The position numbers and the translations under genes are program-made. The notes under the pieces are model-generated. The model searched no databases and had not been told where the DNA came from. It was given only the letters and a program-made list of their open reading frames with translations. Positions 39,280 to 47,745 of a stretch of 64,000 bases of DNA are shown one piece after another. Within the stretch, counting starts at the first letter, position 1. Every line of letters starts with the position of its first letter. This stretch comes from an uncultured Planctomycetales bacterium (lineage in GTDB: Bacteria > Omnitrophota > Gorgyraeia > Gygaellales > Profunditerraquicolaceae), in the NCBI GenBank assembly GCA_964487475.1, contig CAZAPM010000004.1:37755-101754 (forward strand), written 5' to 3'.

Positions 39280-40769
39280 CCGGCGCCTCCGCGAAAGATA
39301 CGCTTCACCCGCGAAAGGAACGCCTCCCCGCCCAACGCACCGCCCAGGAGCCTGATCCCGGTCCAACCCTTATGCAGCAGATCCTGCGGAGAACGCGTAA
39401 CCCGCAGCCGCTCCTTAAGCTTCGGGAGGGAGAACATCTTCCTGGCTTTGATCGCCTCGAATCCGTAATAACACCGCTGCAGTTCCTCCAACCCGAAACG
39501 CGGCTGCAGAAGTATCGGCACATGATGGGTCTCTATCGGGCCGGCGCGCAGATCCCGGTAGGGAGCAGCCCAGCTGAAATCCTTGGGCAGCAGCCCCCGG
39601 GAACGGGCGTACCCCTCCAGGGGGGTGCCGGGATAAATGCGTATCCCGAAGATCGGAGAAGCCACCCCGTTGATCAAATGATAATTCCTGTCTATGAAAC
39701 GCAGCGTCTCCCTGGCGTCTCTCCACTCCTCGTCCGGATGCCCGAAGGAGAAAAACACCACGCTTTTTATGCCCAGCTCCTTGCACCAGCGCAGCACGGA
39801 ACGCGCCTGGTCCAGGGAGATACGCTTGCCCATATGCTGCCGGATACGCTCGCTGGCGGATTCCACCCCAAAATCCACCATATAACAGCCCGCCTGCCGC
39901 ATCCTGGTCAGCAGCGCCTTGTCCACGGTATCCACCCGGATCTCGCAGGACCACTGGAACTCAAGGTTACGCCTGCCGAGCTCGTCCAGGAGGGAAAGGA
40001 TATGCGCCCGCTGCAGCGTCAGCGTGCTGTCGAAGAAACGCACGGCTTTCACCCCGTAACGCTGAAGGCAATATTCGATCTCGTCGGCGACGTGGCCGGG
40101 GGAACGCATGGTATAGACGCTTCCGAACATGGCGCTGGCCGAACAGAAGAAACAGTTGAAGGGGCAGCCCCGGGAGGTCATGATCGCCACCGCCGGAAGA
40201 CGCAAAGAATAATCGAGGATGGTCCCGTAACGGGAAAGGTCCAGCAGATCGCGGCCGTGAGGGATCGAGTCGAGGTCGCGCAGGCGTTCGCGCGCCGGGG
40301 TGTGCACGACACTCCCCTCCCCCCGGAAACTGATCCCCTTGACCTGCGGTAAAGCGGCCCCTCCGCGGCCGAGCAAGGTCGCCGCCAGCTCCGCCATGGT
40401 CAACTCTCCTTCCCCCCTGACCACGATATCGATCCCGGGCACTCCGGCAAGGGTATCTTCGGCGGTAAAGGTGGCATGGCAGCCGCCGTAGACCACAGGC
40501 GTCTGCGGCCGCACGGATTTGACGAGGGCAGCCAGACGGAAACTTTCATGCCGGGAATGCGTAGTCCCGCCTATACCGACGATCGAAGGCGCCTGCGCCC
40601 GCAAAAACGCGCCGACATCGAAGGTCTCCGGCTCCAGGTTAAGATCGAGGATGGCCACGGAAAAACCCTGTTTCCGGCAGTACGCCGCCAGCCCCATCAG
40701 GCCCAGAGGAGGCGTGATCGCGAAATCCCGCAAAAACGCTTCAAACGGATTGATGAAGAGGATATCCAT
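39276..40769 (-). CDS. B12-binding-domain radical SAM protein (class B radical SAM)
   Basis: N-terminal B12-binding fold (MDILFINPF...AILDLN), CPFNCFFC radical SAM cluster motif; start taken at MDILF; extended ORF to 40901 overlaps upstream gene. Confidence 0.7.
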   Translation of the reverse strand: MDILFINPFEAFLRDFAITPPLGLMGLAAYCRKQGFSVAILDLNLEPETFDVGAFLRAQAPSIVGIGGTTHSRHESFRLAALVKSVRPQTPVVYGGCHATFTAEDTLAGVPGIDIVVRGEGELTMAELAATLLGRGGAALPQVKGISFRGEGSVVHTPARERLRDLDSIPHGRDLLDLSRYGTILDYSLRLPAVAIMTSRGCPFNCFFCSASAMFGSVYTMRSPGHVADEIEYCLQRYGVKAVRFFDSTLTLQRAHILSLLDELGRRNLEFQWSCEIRVDTVDKALLTRMRQAGCYMVDFGVESASERIRQHMGKRISLDQARSVLRWCKELGIKSVVFFSFGHPDEEWRDARETLRFIDRNYHLINGVASPIFGIRIYPGTPLEGYARSRGLLPKDFSWAAPYRDLRAGPIETHHVPILLQPRFGLEELQRCYYGFEAIKARKMFSLPKLKERLRVTRSPQDLLHKGWTGIRLLGGALGGEAFLSRVKRIFRGGAG

Positions 40770-42765
40770 ATCTTTTTTCCAGAATGTCGCGCACCGCCGC
40801 GAGCACTTCCCGGCTCGAGACATCGCGCAGGCAGGCAAAATCCCGGCGGCAATCATGCGCCAGGCAATATCCGCAGCCGCCAGGCTTGTGCAGCACCACA
40901 TGATAATCGCCCCAGGGCCCCCATCTGCGGGGACTGATCCCGCGCAGGTTACGGCCGAACACCGCCACCACCGGAACTCCTACGCCCGCCGCTACGTGCA
41001 TCGGCCCGGAATCAGTAGTGATAAAGACCCGGCAGCGCCGGCACACCGCGGCCAGCTGTCCGATGTCGGTCCTTCCGGCGAGATTAAGCGCGCTTGCCCC
41101 CAGGAGATCCTCCACGCGCGCGGCATCCTCCCGGCTCTCCCTTCCGGCCACGATCACTGTCCGGCAACCATACTCCCGGGAAAGCGCCTGTGCCACTTCC
41201 GCAAAACGTTCCGCCGGCCAGACCTTGGAGCGGCAGCTGGCGCCGGGATGTATGCCGATCAAAAGATCCTGCTCCCCGATCCCCGCGGCAGCGAGCGCGT
41301 TGCCCGCCCACTCCTGCGCCTCATCGGAAACCGGCACGAAAGGCTCGGGGCACTGCGGGCCGGTATCCAGCCTGCGGGCCAGGGAAAGCACGTACTGCAC
41401 TTCGTGCATCTCTCCGAGCTGCTTGGTGTGTTTGACCCGCTCGCTTAAGAACCATCCTCCCTTCCGGGCATACCCGATACGGCGGGCAATGCCGGAAAAA
41501 AACAGCGCCGCATGCACCCGGAACTCCGGATGGAACACCAACGCGGCATCGAACGATCTTCGGCGCAGCTGCCGGACCAGACGCACCATCCCGCGCAAGC
41601 CGGCGTGCTCCCCCTTTTTATCCAGCACGATCACTTCATCCACGAAAGGATTCCCTTCGACGATAGCCCTGCCGGCCGGCCCGACCAGGCACGCCAGAAA
41701 AGCATCGGGATAACGCCGCCGCACTGCCTCTATCGCCGGGGTAGTGAGGATGACATCCCCTAAACGGTCGGTGCGCGCCAGCAGGATGCGGCGAATGCCG
41801 CCGACTGTTCCGGGAGGCGAAGTCAACACCCTCTCCAGCGCGGACTCGACCCTCTGCGCGGAGACTTTTGTCAGGCAGTCCCGGGAGCCGATCCGGCACT
41901 GCGCCGCGCCGCAGGGACGACATGCGATATCAAAAGTGACCGTTGCCGCCCGAGAGGACCACGGCCCGTAGCGCATCTCGTCGGTCGGACCGAACAGGGC
42001 CACCACCGGCACATCCAGATAGCTGGCCAGATGCATCAACGCGCTGTCATTGGTCACCACGGCCCGGGCCTTGCCGACCAGCGCTGCGCTTTGCGCAAGG
42101 GTGGTCATTCCGGTAAGATCGACCGCGGCCTCTTTGAGTTCACGCGCAATCGCGGCATTATACGCTTTCTCCGAAGGATCCCCCAGCAGGACGATCTTGA
42201 CCCCGTAACGGCCCGCGATCCCGCGCCCGGCCTGAACGAATTTTTCCGCGGGCCAGCATTTCGTGCTGCTTCGGCTGGCGCAGCCGAATACCACATACTC
42301 CCCTGCCGGCCGCTCCGTTTCCGGGATCACGAAGCTCCTCCTGCCGGATGCCTCCGGCGCTGCGCACCCGCCGCCTTCTCCGAACGCGGACCGGACGAGA
42401 AAAAGGTGCCGCTGCCGCATATGCGCGCAGCCGCGCGGCAGGCGCACCCACCGGGGGATGGCGTAGCGGGCCGGAAGCAGCGCGCCGAAAAGTCCGTTAC
42501 GCAGGTCCAGCACGGCGTCGAAACTCCCGGAATAAAGACGCCTCAGCAGACGCAGCCGCTTTGCCAGCGGCGCGCGCTTATCGTAGACCACGCACTCTTT
42601 GATCCCCCGCACGGATGCGAACACCTCCGCGCTCCGGGGACCGGCAACGACCGTGATCTCCGCATCCGGGAAACGGGCCAAGACATACTCCAGCCCGGGC
42701 AAGGTCAGGATCGCATCCCCCAGATTGCTTAAAGAAACGAAAAGTATCCGCTGCGGACCCTTCAT
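40741..42765 (-). CDS. Tandem-fusion glycosyltransferase with two complete GT9 (ADP-heptose:LPS heptosyltransferase-like) domains
   Basis: 674 aa; two successive RILFV...LGD(A/V)IL...TNDS(A/G)(L/P)MH(L/V)A modules (~325 + ~350 aa). Confidence 0.65.
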   Translation of the reverse strand: MKGPQRILFVSLSNLGDAILTLPGLEYVLARFPDAEITVVAGPRSAEVFASVRGIKECVVYDKRAPLAKRLRLLRRLYSGSFDAVLDLRNGLFGALLPARYAIPRWVRLPRGCAHMRQRHLFLVRSAFGEGGGCAAPEASGRRSFVIPETERPAGEYVVFGCASRSSTKCWPAEKFVQAGRGIAGRYGVKIVLLGDPSEKAYNAAIARELKEAAVDLTGMTTLAQSAALVGKARAVVTNDSALMHLASYLDVPVVALFGPTDEMRYGPWSSRAATVTFDIACRPCGAAQCRIGSRDCLTKVSAQRVESALERVLTSPPGTVGGIRRILLARTDRLGDVILTTPAIEAVRRRYPDAFLACLVGPAGRAIVEGNPFVDEVIVLDKKGEHAGLRGMVRLVRQLRRRSFDAALVFHPEFRVHAALFFSGIARRIGYARKGGWFLSERVKHTKQLGEMHEVQYVLSLARRLDTGPQCPEPFVPVSDEAQEWAGNALAAAGIGEQDLLIGIHPGASCRSKVWPAERFAEVAQALSREYGCRTVIVAGRESREDAARVEDLLGASALNLAGRTDIGQLAAVCRRCRVFITTDSGPMHVAAGVGVPVVAVFGRNLRGISPRRWGPWGDYHVVLHKPGGCGYCLAHDCRRDFACLRDVSSREVLAAVRDILEKRYGYPLHQSV

Positions 42766-42768
42766 CCC

Positions 42769-43791
42769 TTACCCTCCCAGCTGCGCGCGCGCTTCATCCA
42801 GGACCTCCTTGACGGAGATGGCGCGCATGCACCGGTAGTCGGTACATTCGCTCGAATAACAGGGGATGGCGCATTCTCCTGTATGCTGCAGTACCTTTAC
42901 CCTGTGCTCCGGCACCGGCCCGGTGATACTCACGTCCGTCGGCCCGAAAAGCCCGATGATCCTGGGGGATCCAGATGCGGTCGCGATGTGCAGCGGGCCG
43001 GAATCCGCGGAGATGAACAGGGCCATCCTGCGGGTGAGCGCGGCAAAACCGGCGATATCCAGAGCGGCGCAGGAGATCAACGGCTTGCCGGATACGCCCT
43101 CCGCGATCTCCTCTGCCAGAGGCGCATCCTGTGCGCTCCCCGTAATGACCAACCGTACCCCGGGCAGCCGGGAAAGCTCCCGCGCCAGCTCCTTCCAATG
43201 CTCCTTCGGCCAGCGCTTCGGCAACCAGTTGCCCCCGGGATTCAACCCGACCAGCGATTCCCGGCCGGAGACCCCGGCATCCTTCAGGAACGCGTCGGCA
43301 GCCGCTTCGTCATCGGGCCCCAGGAAGAATTCCGGATGACGGTCCTCCACGGCAAGGCCGGAGCGGGACAAAAGGCCGAGATAGTAATCGATCCGGTGCA
43401 CCTTCCGGATATCCGGAGGTATGATCCGGGAAGTAAGCAGGAACGCCCGCTTGCGGGTATAGTATCCGATGCGCTCGGAGATCCCCGCGATACGGCACAT
43501 CAGCGCCCGGGACATGGAACGGTGCAGCAGGAAGACCGTGTCGAACTTCTTGCGCTTGAGGGCCTGGGCAAACGCCAGTTTCTCCAGCATGCCCTGATGC
43601 GTGGTCCGCTCGTCGAAATAGAGCACCTCGTTCAAATGGGGATTGGACTTAAGCACTGCCGCGCAGCGTAAGGGGATGACACAGGCGATATGACTGCCGG
43701 GATAGTTGCGCCTTAAGTTACGGATGAACGCCGTGGAAAAAAGCACGTCCCCCAGCCAGTTGACGTTGAAGATCAGGATGCGTTCTCTCAT
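42769..43791 (-). CDS. GT9-family glycosyltransferase (heptosyltransferase-like)
   Basis: ILIFNVNWLGDVLFSTAFIRNLRR...; C-terminal ISADSGPLHIA motif; start maybe MRERILIF. Confidence 0.7.
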   Translation of the reverse strand: MRERILIFNVNWLGDVLFSTAFIRNLRRNYPGSHIACVIPLRCAAVLKSNPHLNEVLYFDERTTHQGMLEKLAFAQALKRKKFDTVFLLHRSMSRALMCRIAGISERIGYYTRKRAFLLTSRIIPPDIRKVHRIDYYLGLLSRSGLAVEDRHPEFFLGPDDEAAADAFLKDAGVSGRESLVGLNPGGNWLPKRWPKEHWKELARELSRLPGVRLVITGSAQDAPLAEEIAEGVSGKPLISCAALDIAGFAALTRRMALFISADSGPLHIATASGSPRIIGLFGPTDVSITGPVPEHRVKVLQHTGECAIPCYSSECTDYRCMRAISVKEVLDEARAQLGG

Positions 43792-44579
43792 TTTTTCCTG
43801 CGCCATTCCTTGAAGAAAGAATAATACCCGCTGCTCTCGAACCAGAACACCAGCAGGTTGCCCGCGTTCTCGGCGATACGGACACGCTTAAGTAAGAACA
43901 GGTCGTCCCGCGCATACCGTCTCCCCGGCTTGGTCGCCACTGCCAGCGTATATCCGGCATCCTTGACCATCTGCACGATCTCCGGAGTGAACATCCCCTC
44001 GGGATAGCTGAACATCTCCACCGGGACCCCCAGCTTCTCCTCGAACTTCCGCTTCGACTCGAAGATCTGCCTCCGCGCCTCCTCGGGGGGAAGCTTGACC
44101 AGCGGCACCGGGCCGAGGGTATGGCTGCCGAAGGTCACCAGGCCGGAAGAATGCATCTCTTTGATCTGCTCCCAATACAGCCGGTCATTATCCTTGCGTC
44201 CGACCTCATCGTAGATAAGGAACACGGTAACGGGGATCCCGTATTTCTTCAGGATGGGGAACGCCCAGGTATAGTTGTCCTTGTATCCGTCGTCAAAGGT
44301 GATGGCCAGGCTCCGGGCAGGGACCTTCGCGCCGGGAGCCAGCAGGGCCGGCACCTGCGACAGAGGAACGACATTGTACTTATGCGTTTTAAGGAATCGC
44401 ATCTGCCTCTCGAAGGTCTTTTCGGAGACCGCCAGACGGTGCTCGTACGGAGCGTCGGGGTACACCATATGGTACATCAGGATCGGGAAGACGTATATTC
44501 TGGCCAGCACCACACTTCCCAGCAGCCACACCCCTACCCCTGCGGCGGCCAGAAGTATCAGTTTATTCTTCACACGCAT
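43788..44579 (-). CDS. Polysaccharide deacetylase (NodB homology domain), N-terminal TM anchor
   Basis: 263 aa; TFDDGYKDNYTWAFPILKKYGIPVTVFL. Confidence 0.7.
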   Translation of the reverse strand: MRVKNKLILLAAAGVGVWLLGSVVLARIYVFPILMYHMVYPDAPYEHRLAVSEKTFERQMRFLKTHKYNVVPLSQVPALLAPGAKVPARSLAITFDDGYKDNYTWAFPILKKYGIPVTVFLIYDEVGRKDNDRLYWEQIKEMHSSGLVTFGSHTLGPVPLVKLPPEEARRQIFESKRKFEEKLGVPVEMFSYPEGMFTPEIVQMVKDAGYTLAVATKPGRRYARDDLFLLKRVRIAENAGNLLVFWFESSGYYSFFKEWRRKK

Positions 44580-45661
44580 TGCTCGTATACCTCCCGGGTG
44601 CGCGCCGCCATCCCCTGTTGCGTGAAATTCGCGGTGATGTGTCCCCTGGCGTTACGGGCAAGGGACTCCCGCAGCGAAGGATCCGAGAGCAAGCGCGAGA
44701 TCGCCTCGGCCAGGGCATCCGCATCCTTAGGCGGCACCAGCACGCCGGTATCTCCGTTGCGGATCAACGCCGGGATCCCTCCCACCTCCGACCCCACTGC
44801 CGCCACCTCGCTGGCCATCGCCTCCATCAACCCTAATCCCAGACCTTCATGCAGCGAAGGCATGGCAAAGATGTCCATGGCTGCCAGCAGCTCCCGGGTA
44901 TCACGGGTGTTGCTGAAGAAGAACACGCCCTGCCCGAGGCCTAACGGCGCACTGCGGCGCGCCAGGTCCTCTGCTAAGGGGCCTTCTCCCGCGATCAGAA
45001 GCTGTGCCTCGGGATGTTTGATTCGCACCTGCCGCATCGCCTCGATAAGATACGCATGCCCCTTGACTCCCGAAAGCCGGGCGATGATACCCACCACCGG
45101 CCCGGGCCGCAGGCCTAACGCCGCTTTGGCCGCCTGCTTCGCTGCGGAAGCAACGGGAAGGAACCTGGACGCATCGATCCCGTTATGGATCAGCACGACC
45201 TGCTGCGGGGACACCCGCAGGTCCCGGATCAGATGCTCCCGCACCTGTTCGCTGATGGCGATCACCTTTTTACCCCACAACGGCATCCACCTCCGGTGCA
45301 GGCTGGGACGGAAGAACCCGTGACAGGTAGAGACGTAGGGCACTCCGGCGTAGCGCTCAAGGAGGCTTGCCACCGCCTGGGCCACCCGGGTATTGGCGTG
45401 CACGATATCTATCCCCTCCCGCTTCACGAACCCCCGCAGCATCCAGAAGGAGGCCATCACCCCGGGATGCGCTTCGGATTTGACCTTCAGCGGCACCTTA
45501 AGCTGCGGGATCCCCTGCGCGGAAAGCTCCCCGCTCAACTCCCCGCCTCCGGAGGCGACGAAGGATCCCTGCCCCTGCGCGCGCATTTCCCGCGCCAGCA
45601 TGGACACATAGCTGGTGATCCCCCCGATGTTCACGTGGTTGGCGATATACAACACTTTCAT
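44570..45661 (-). CDS. GT4-family glycosyltransferase
   Basis: Start taken at MKVLYIANHVNIGG (ATGA overlap with upstream stop); EX7E-like motif (LHEGLGLGLMEAMASEVAAV); ORF track N-terminal extension rejected. Confidence 0.7.
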   Translation of the reverse strand: MKVLYIANHVNIGGITSYVSMLAREMRAQGQGSFVASGGGELSGELSAQGIPQLKVPLKVKSEAHPGVMASFWMLRGFVKREGIDIVHANTRVAQAVASLLERYAGVPYVSTCHGFFRPSLHRRWMPLWGKKVIAISEQVREHLIRDLRVSPQQVVLIHNGIDASRFLPVASAAKQAAKAALGLRPGPVVGIIARLSGVKGHAYLIEAMRQVRIKHPEAQLLIAGEGPLAEDLARRSAPLGLGQGVFFFSNTRDTRELLAAMDIFAMPSLHEGLGLGLMEAMASEVAAVGSEVGGIPALIRNGDTGVLVPPKDADALAEAISRLLSDPSLRESLARNARGHITANFTQQGMAARTREVYEQCV

Positions 45662-47745
45662 ACCAGCTTCTCCACCGCCTGCATCACCTCCGCCACGGAG
45701 ATCTGCCGCATGCACTCCATGCGGCTGCAGGAATCCTTGTAGCACGGCCCGCACGGCACTTCCTTGCGCACCACGGCGCAGCGCTTTGCCGGCGGCAGAT
45801 GCCGCGCGGGGTCGGTCGGGCCGAACAACGCAACAAAAGGGGTCCCCATGGCCGCGGCGATGTGCAGCGGCGCGGAGTCCGTCGAAACAAAACAATGGCA
45901 GCGCCGGATCAAGCAGGCCAGCTGGTTCACCGAGGTCTGGCCGCAGGTATTTATCGGCTTGGCCTGGCGCACCTCATTGGCCAGCGCCAGGCTTTCGGGA
46001 AGATCCTCCGCCGTGCCGGTAAGCACCACCCGCCAGCCCTTGCGTGCCACCTCCTCGCAGAACTCCACCAGCATCCGCCGGGGCCAGTTCTTGGTAGCCC
46101 ACCGCTTGCTGGCGCTCACATTGATGCCGATGAGCTTCTGATGGTCGCTGAGCCACTGCCCCTTGAGCATCTCCTCCACGTACTCGTCGTCATCCCTGCC
46201 CGGCCACATCTGCAAAGAATTGTCCTTCGGCATGATACCGATCTGCGCAAAAACCCGGAACTGATGGGCGAGAGGGTCCATCGCTTTTTTATCTTCCGGG
46301 ATCCCGCGGTTAAGCAGGAAGCCGAGCTTGGCGTTACGGTATCCGAACCTCTCCGGCGCCATGGATAGCCAGGCCAAAAGATGGCTGGCGCGATTGTTCT
46401 GCATGTCGAAGACCATTTCAAAACCCTGCCTGCGCACACGCGCCGCCAACCGCAGGAATTCCGTCCATCCCGCCTGCCGGCCCTTCAGGTCGCAGACGAT
46501 AAGCTCGTCGATGTACGGGCAGCGCAGCAGCACGTCTTTCGCCCCTTCTCCCACCAACACGCTGATCCGGTAGTTCGGGCCGAATTTCTCCCGCAGCGCC
46601 CGCAACGCCGCGGTCGCCAGGATCACGTCCCCCAGCGAAGAAAGTTTGATCACCAGGATACGAAAACGGCTTAACGCATCCTTATACACCTGGAGCGTCT
46701 CATCGACCATGCGCTCCAGAGTAAAACACTGCTTCACCTTTTCATACGCCTGCGCGGCCATCCGGGAGGCGAACGACGAATCGGCGTAGATGCGATGCAA
46801 GGACTCCGCGATCGCCTGCGGATCGTCGGGAGGCACCAGCAGGCCGGTCACCCCGTCATCCACCACGTCCACCACCCCTCCCACCTTCGTCGCCACCACC
46901 GGCACCCCGGAAGCCTGGGCCTCGATGATCACCCGGCCGAACGCCTCCTGGGTGGTGGTCGCCAGGACCAACGCGTCCAGATGGGAAAGCACCCCCGGGA
47001 TATCCCGCTGCGTGCCGAGGAACTGGGTCTGGGAGAAGAGCCCCAGCCGCTTGACCAGGATCAGGAGCTGCTCCTTGTACGCTTCCTTCGAGGCCGGGGC
47101 ATCCCCTACGATCCAGATCTTCAGCCCCGGCACCTGCTTGGCGAGTTTCGCCATGGCCTTGATGAACACCAGATGCCCCTTCAGGGGAGTGATCCGGCCG
47201 ATGATCCCCACGTTGAACTCGGCGGTGCGCTTCTTCGCCGGGTCCTCATAGGTGAACTTATCCAGCCGGACGCTGCGGGCAATGCGCCTGATCCGTTCAT
47301 GCGGCACCCCGAAATCATCGATCATATGCCGGGCGATGGCATTGCTCAGGACGATCACCCGCTTCCCCCACCCCATCACCGCGCTGAAAAGATGCCGGGA
47401 ATAATATCCGTGACAGGTAGTGATGAACACGGCCCGGGTCTTCCGGCAGGCGAAGAAGGCCGGCCAGGCCGGCACCCGCGAACGGGCATGCACGATATCG
47501 ATCTGCTCTTTCCTGATGATATCCGCGACCGCGTCCACCATCCGGAACATGACCAGCAGGTTCTTCTTGTGCACCGGCAGCGCATAGTGCACCGCGCCGC
47601 ACGCTTCCAGTTCCTTGACCAGCGCGCCACCCCGGGAGATGACCACCGCCTTATGCCCCTGCGCCGTAAGCGCCCGGGCCAGGTCCACGGTCCCCGTTTC
47701 CACCCCGCCCACATTAAGCTCCGGCAGTATCTGAAGAATGTTCAT
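45658..47745 (-). CDS. Bifunctional fusion: N-terminal GT4 glycosyltransferase + C-terminal GT9 heptosyltransferase-like domain
   Basis: 695 aa; residues ~1-365 GT4 (EAFGRVIIEAQASGVPVVAT), residues ~370-695 GT9 (FRILVIKLSSLGDVILATAAL...STDSAPLHIAAAMG). Confidence 0.65.
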   Translation of the reverse strand: MNILQILPELNVGGVETGTVDLARALTAQGHKAVVISRGGALVKELEACGAVHYALPVHKKNLLVMFRMVDAVADIIRKEQIDIVHARSRVPAWPAFFACRKTRAVFITTCHGYYSRHLFSAVMGWGKRVIVLSNAIARHMIDDFGVPHERIRRIARSVRLDKFTYEDPAKKRTAEFNVGIIGRITPLKGHLVFIKAMAKLAKQVPGLKIWIVGDAPASKEAYKEQLLILVKRLGLFSQTQFLGTQRDIPGVLSHLDALVLATTTQEAFGRVIIEAQASGVPVVATKVGGVVDVVDDGVTGLLVPPDDPQAIAESLHRIYADSSFASRMAAQAYEKVKQCFTLERMVDETLQVYKDALSRFRILVIKLSSLGDVILATAALRALREKFGPNYRISVLVGEGAKDVLLRCPYIDELIVCDLKGRQAGWTEFLRLAARVRRQGFEMVFDMQNNRASHLLAWLSMAPERFGYRNAKLGFLLNRGIPEDKKAMDPLAHQFRVFAQIGIMPKDNSLQMWPGRDDDEYVEEMLKGQWLSDHQKLIGINVSASKRWATKNWPRRMLVEFCEEVARKGWRVVLTGTAEDLPESLALANEVRQAKPINTCGQTSVNQLACLIRRCHCFVSTDSAPLHIAAAMGTPFVALFGPTDPARHLPPAKRCAVVRKEVPCGPCYKDSCSRMECMRQISVAEVMQAVEKLV

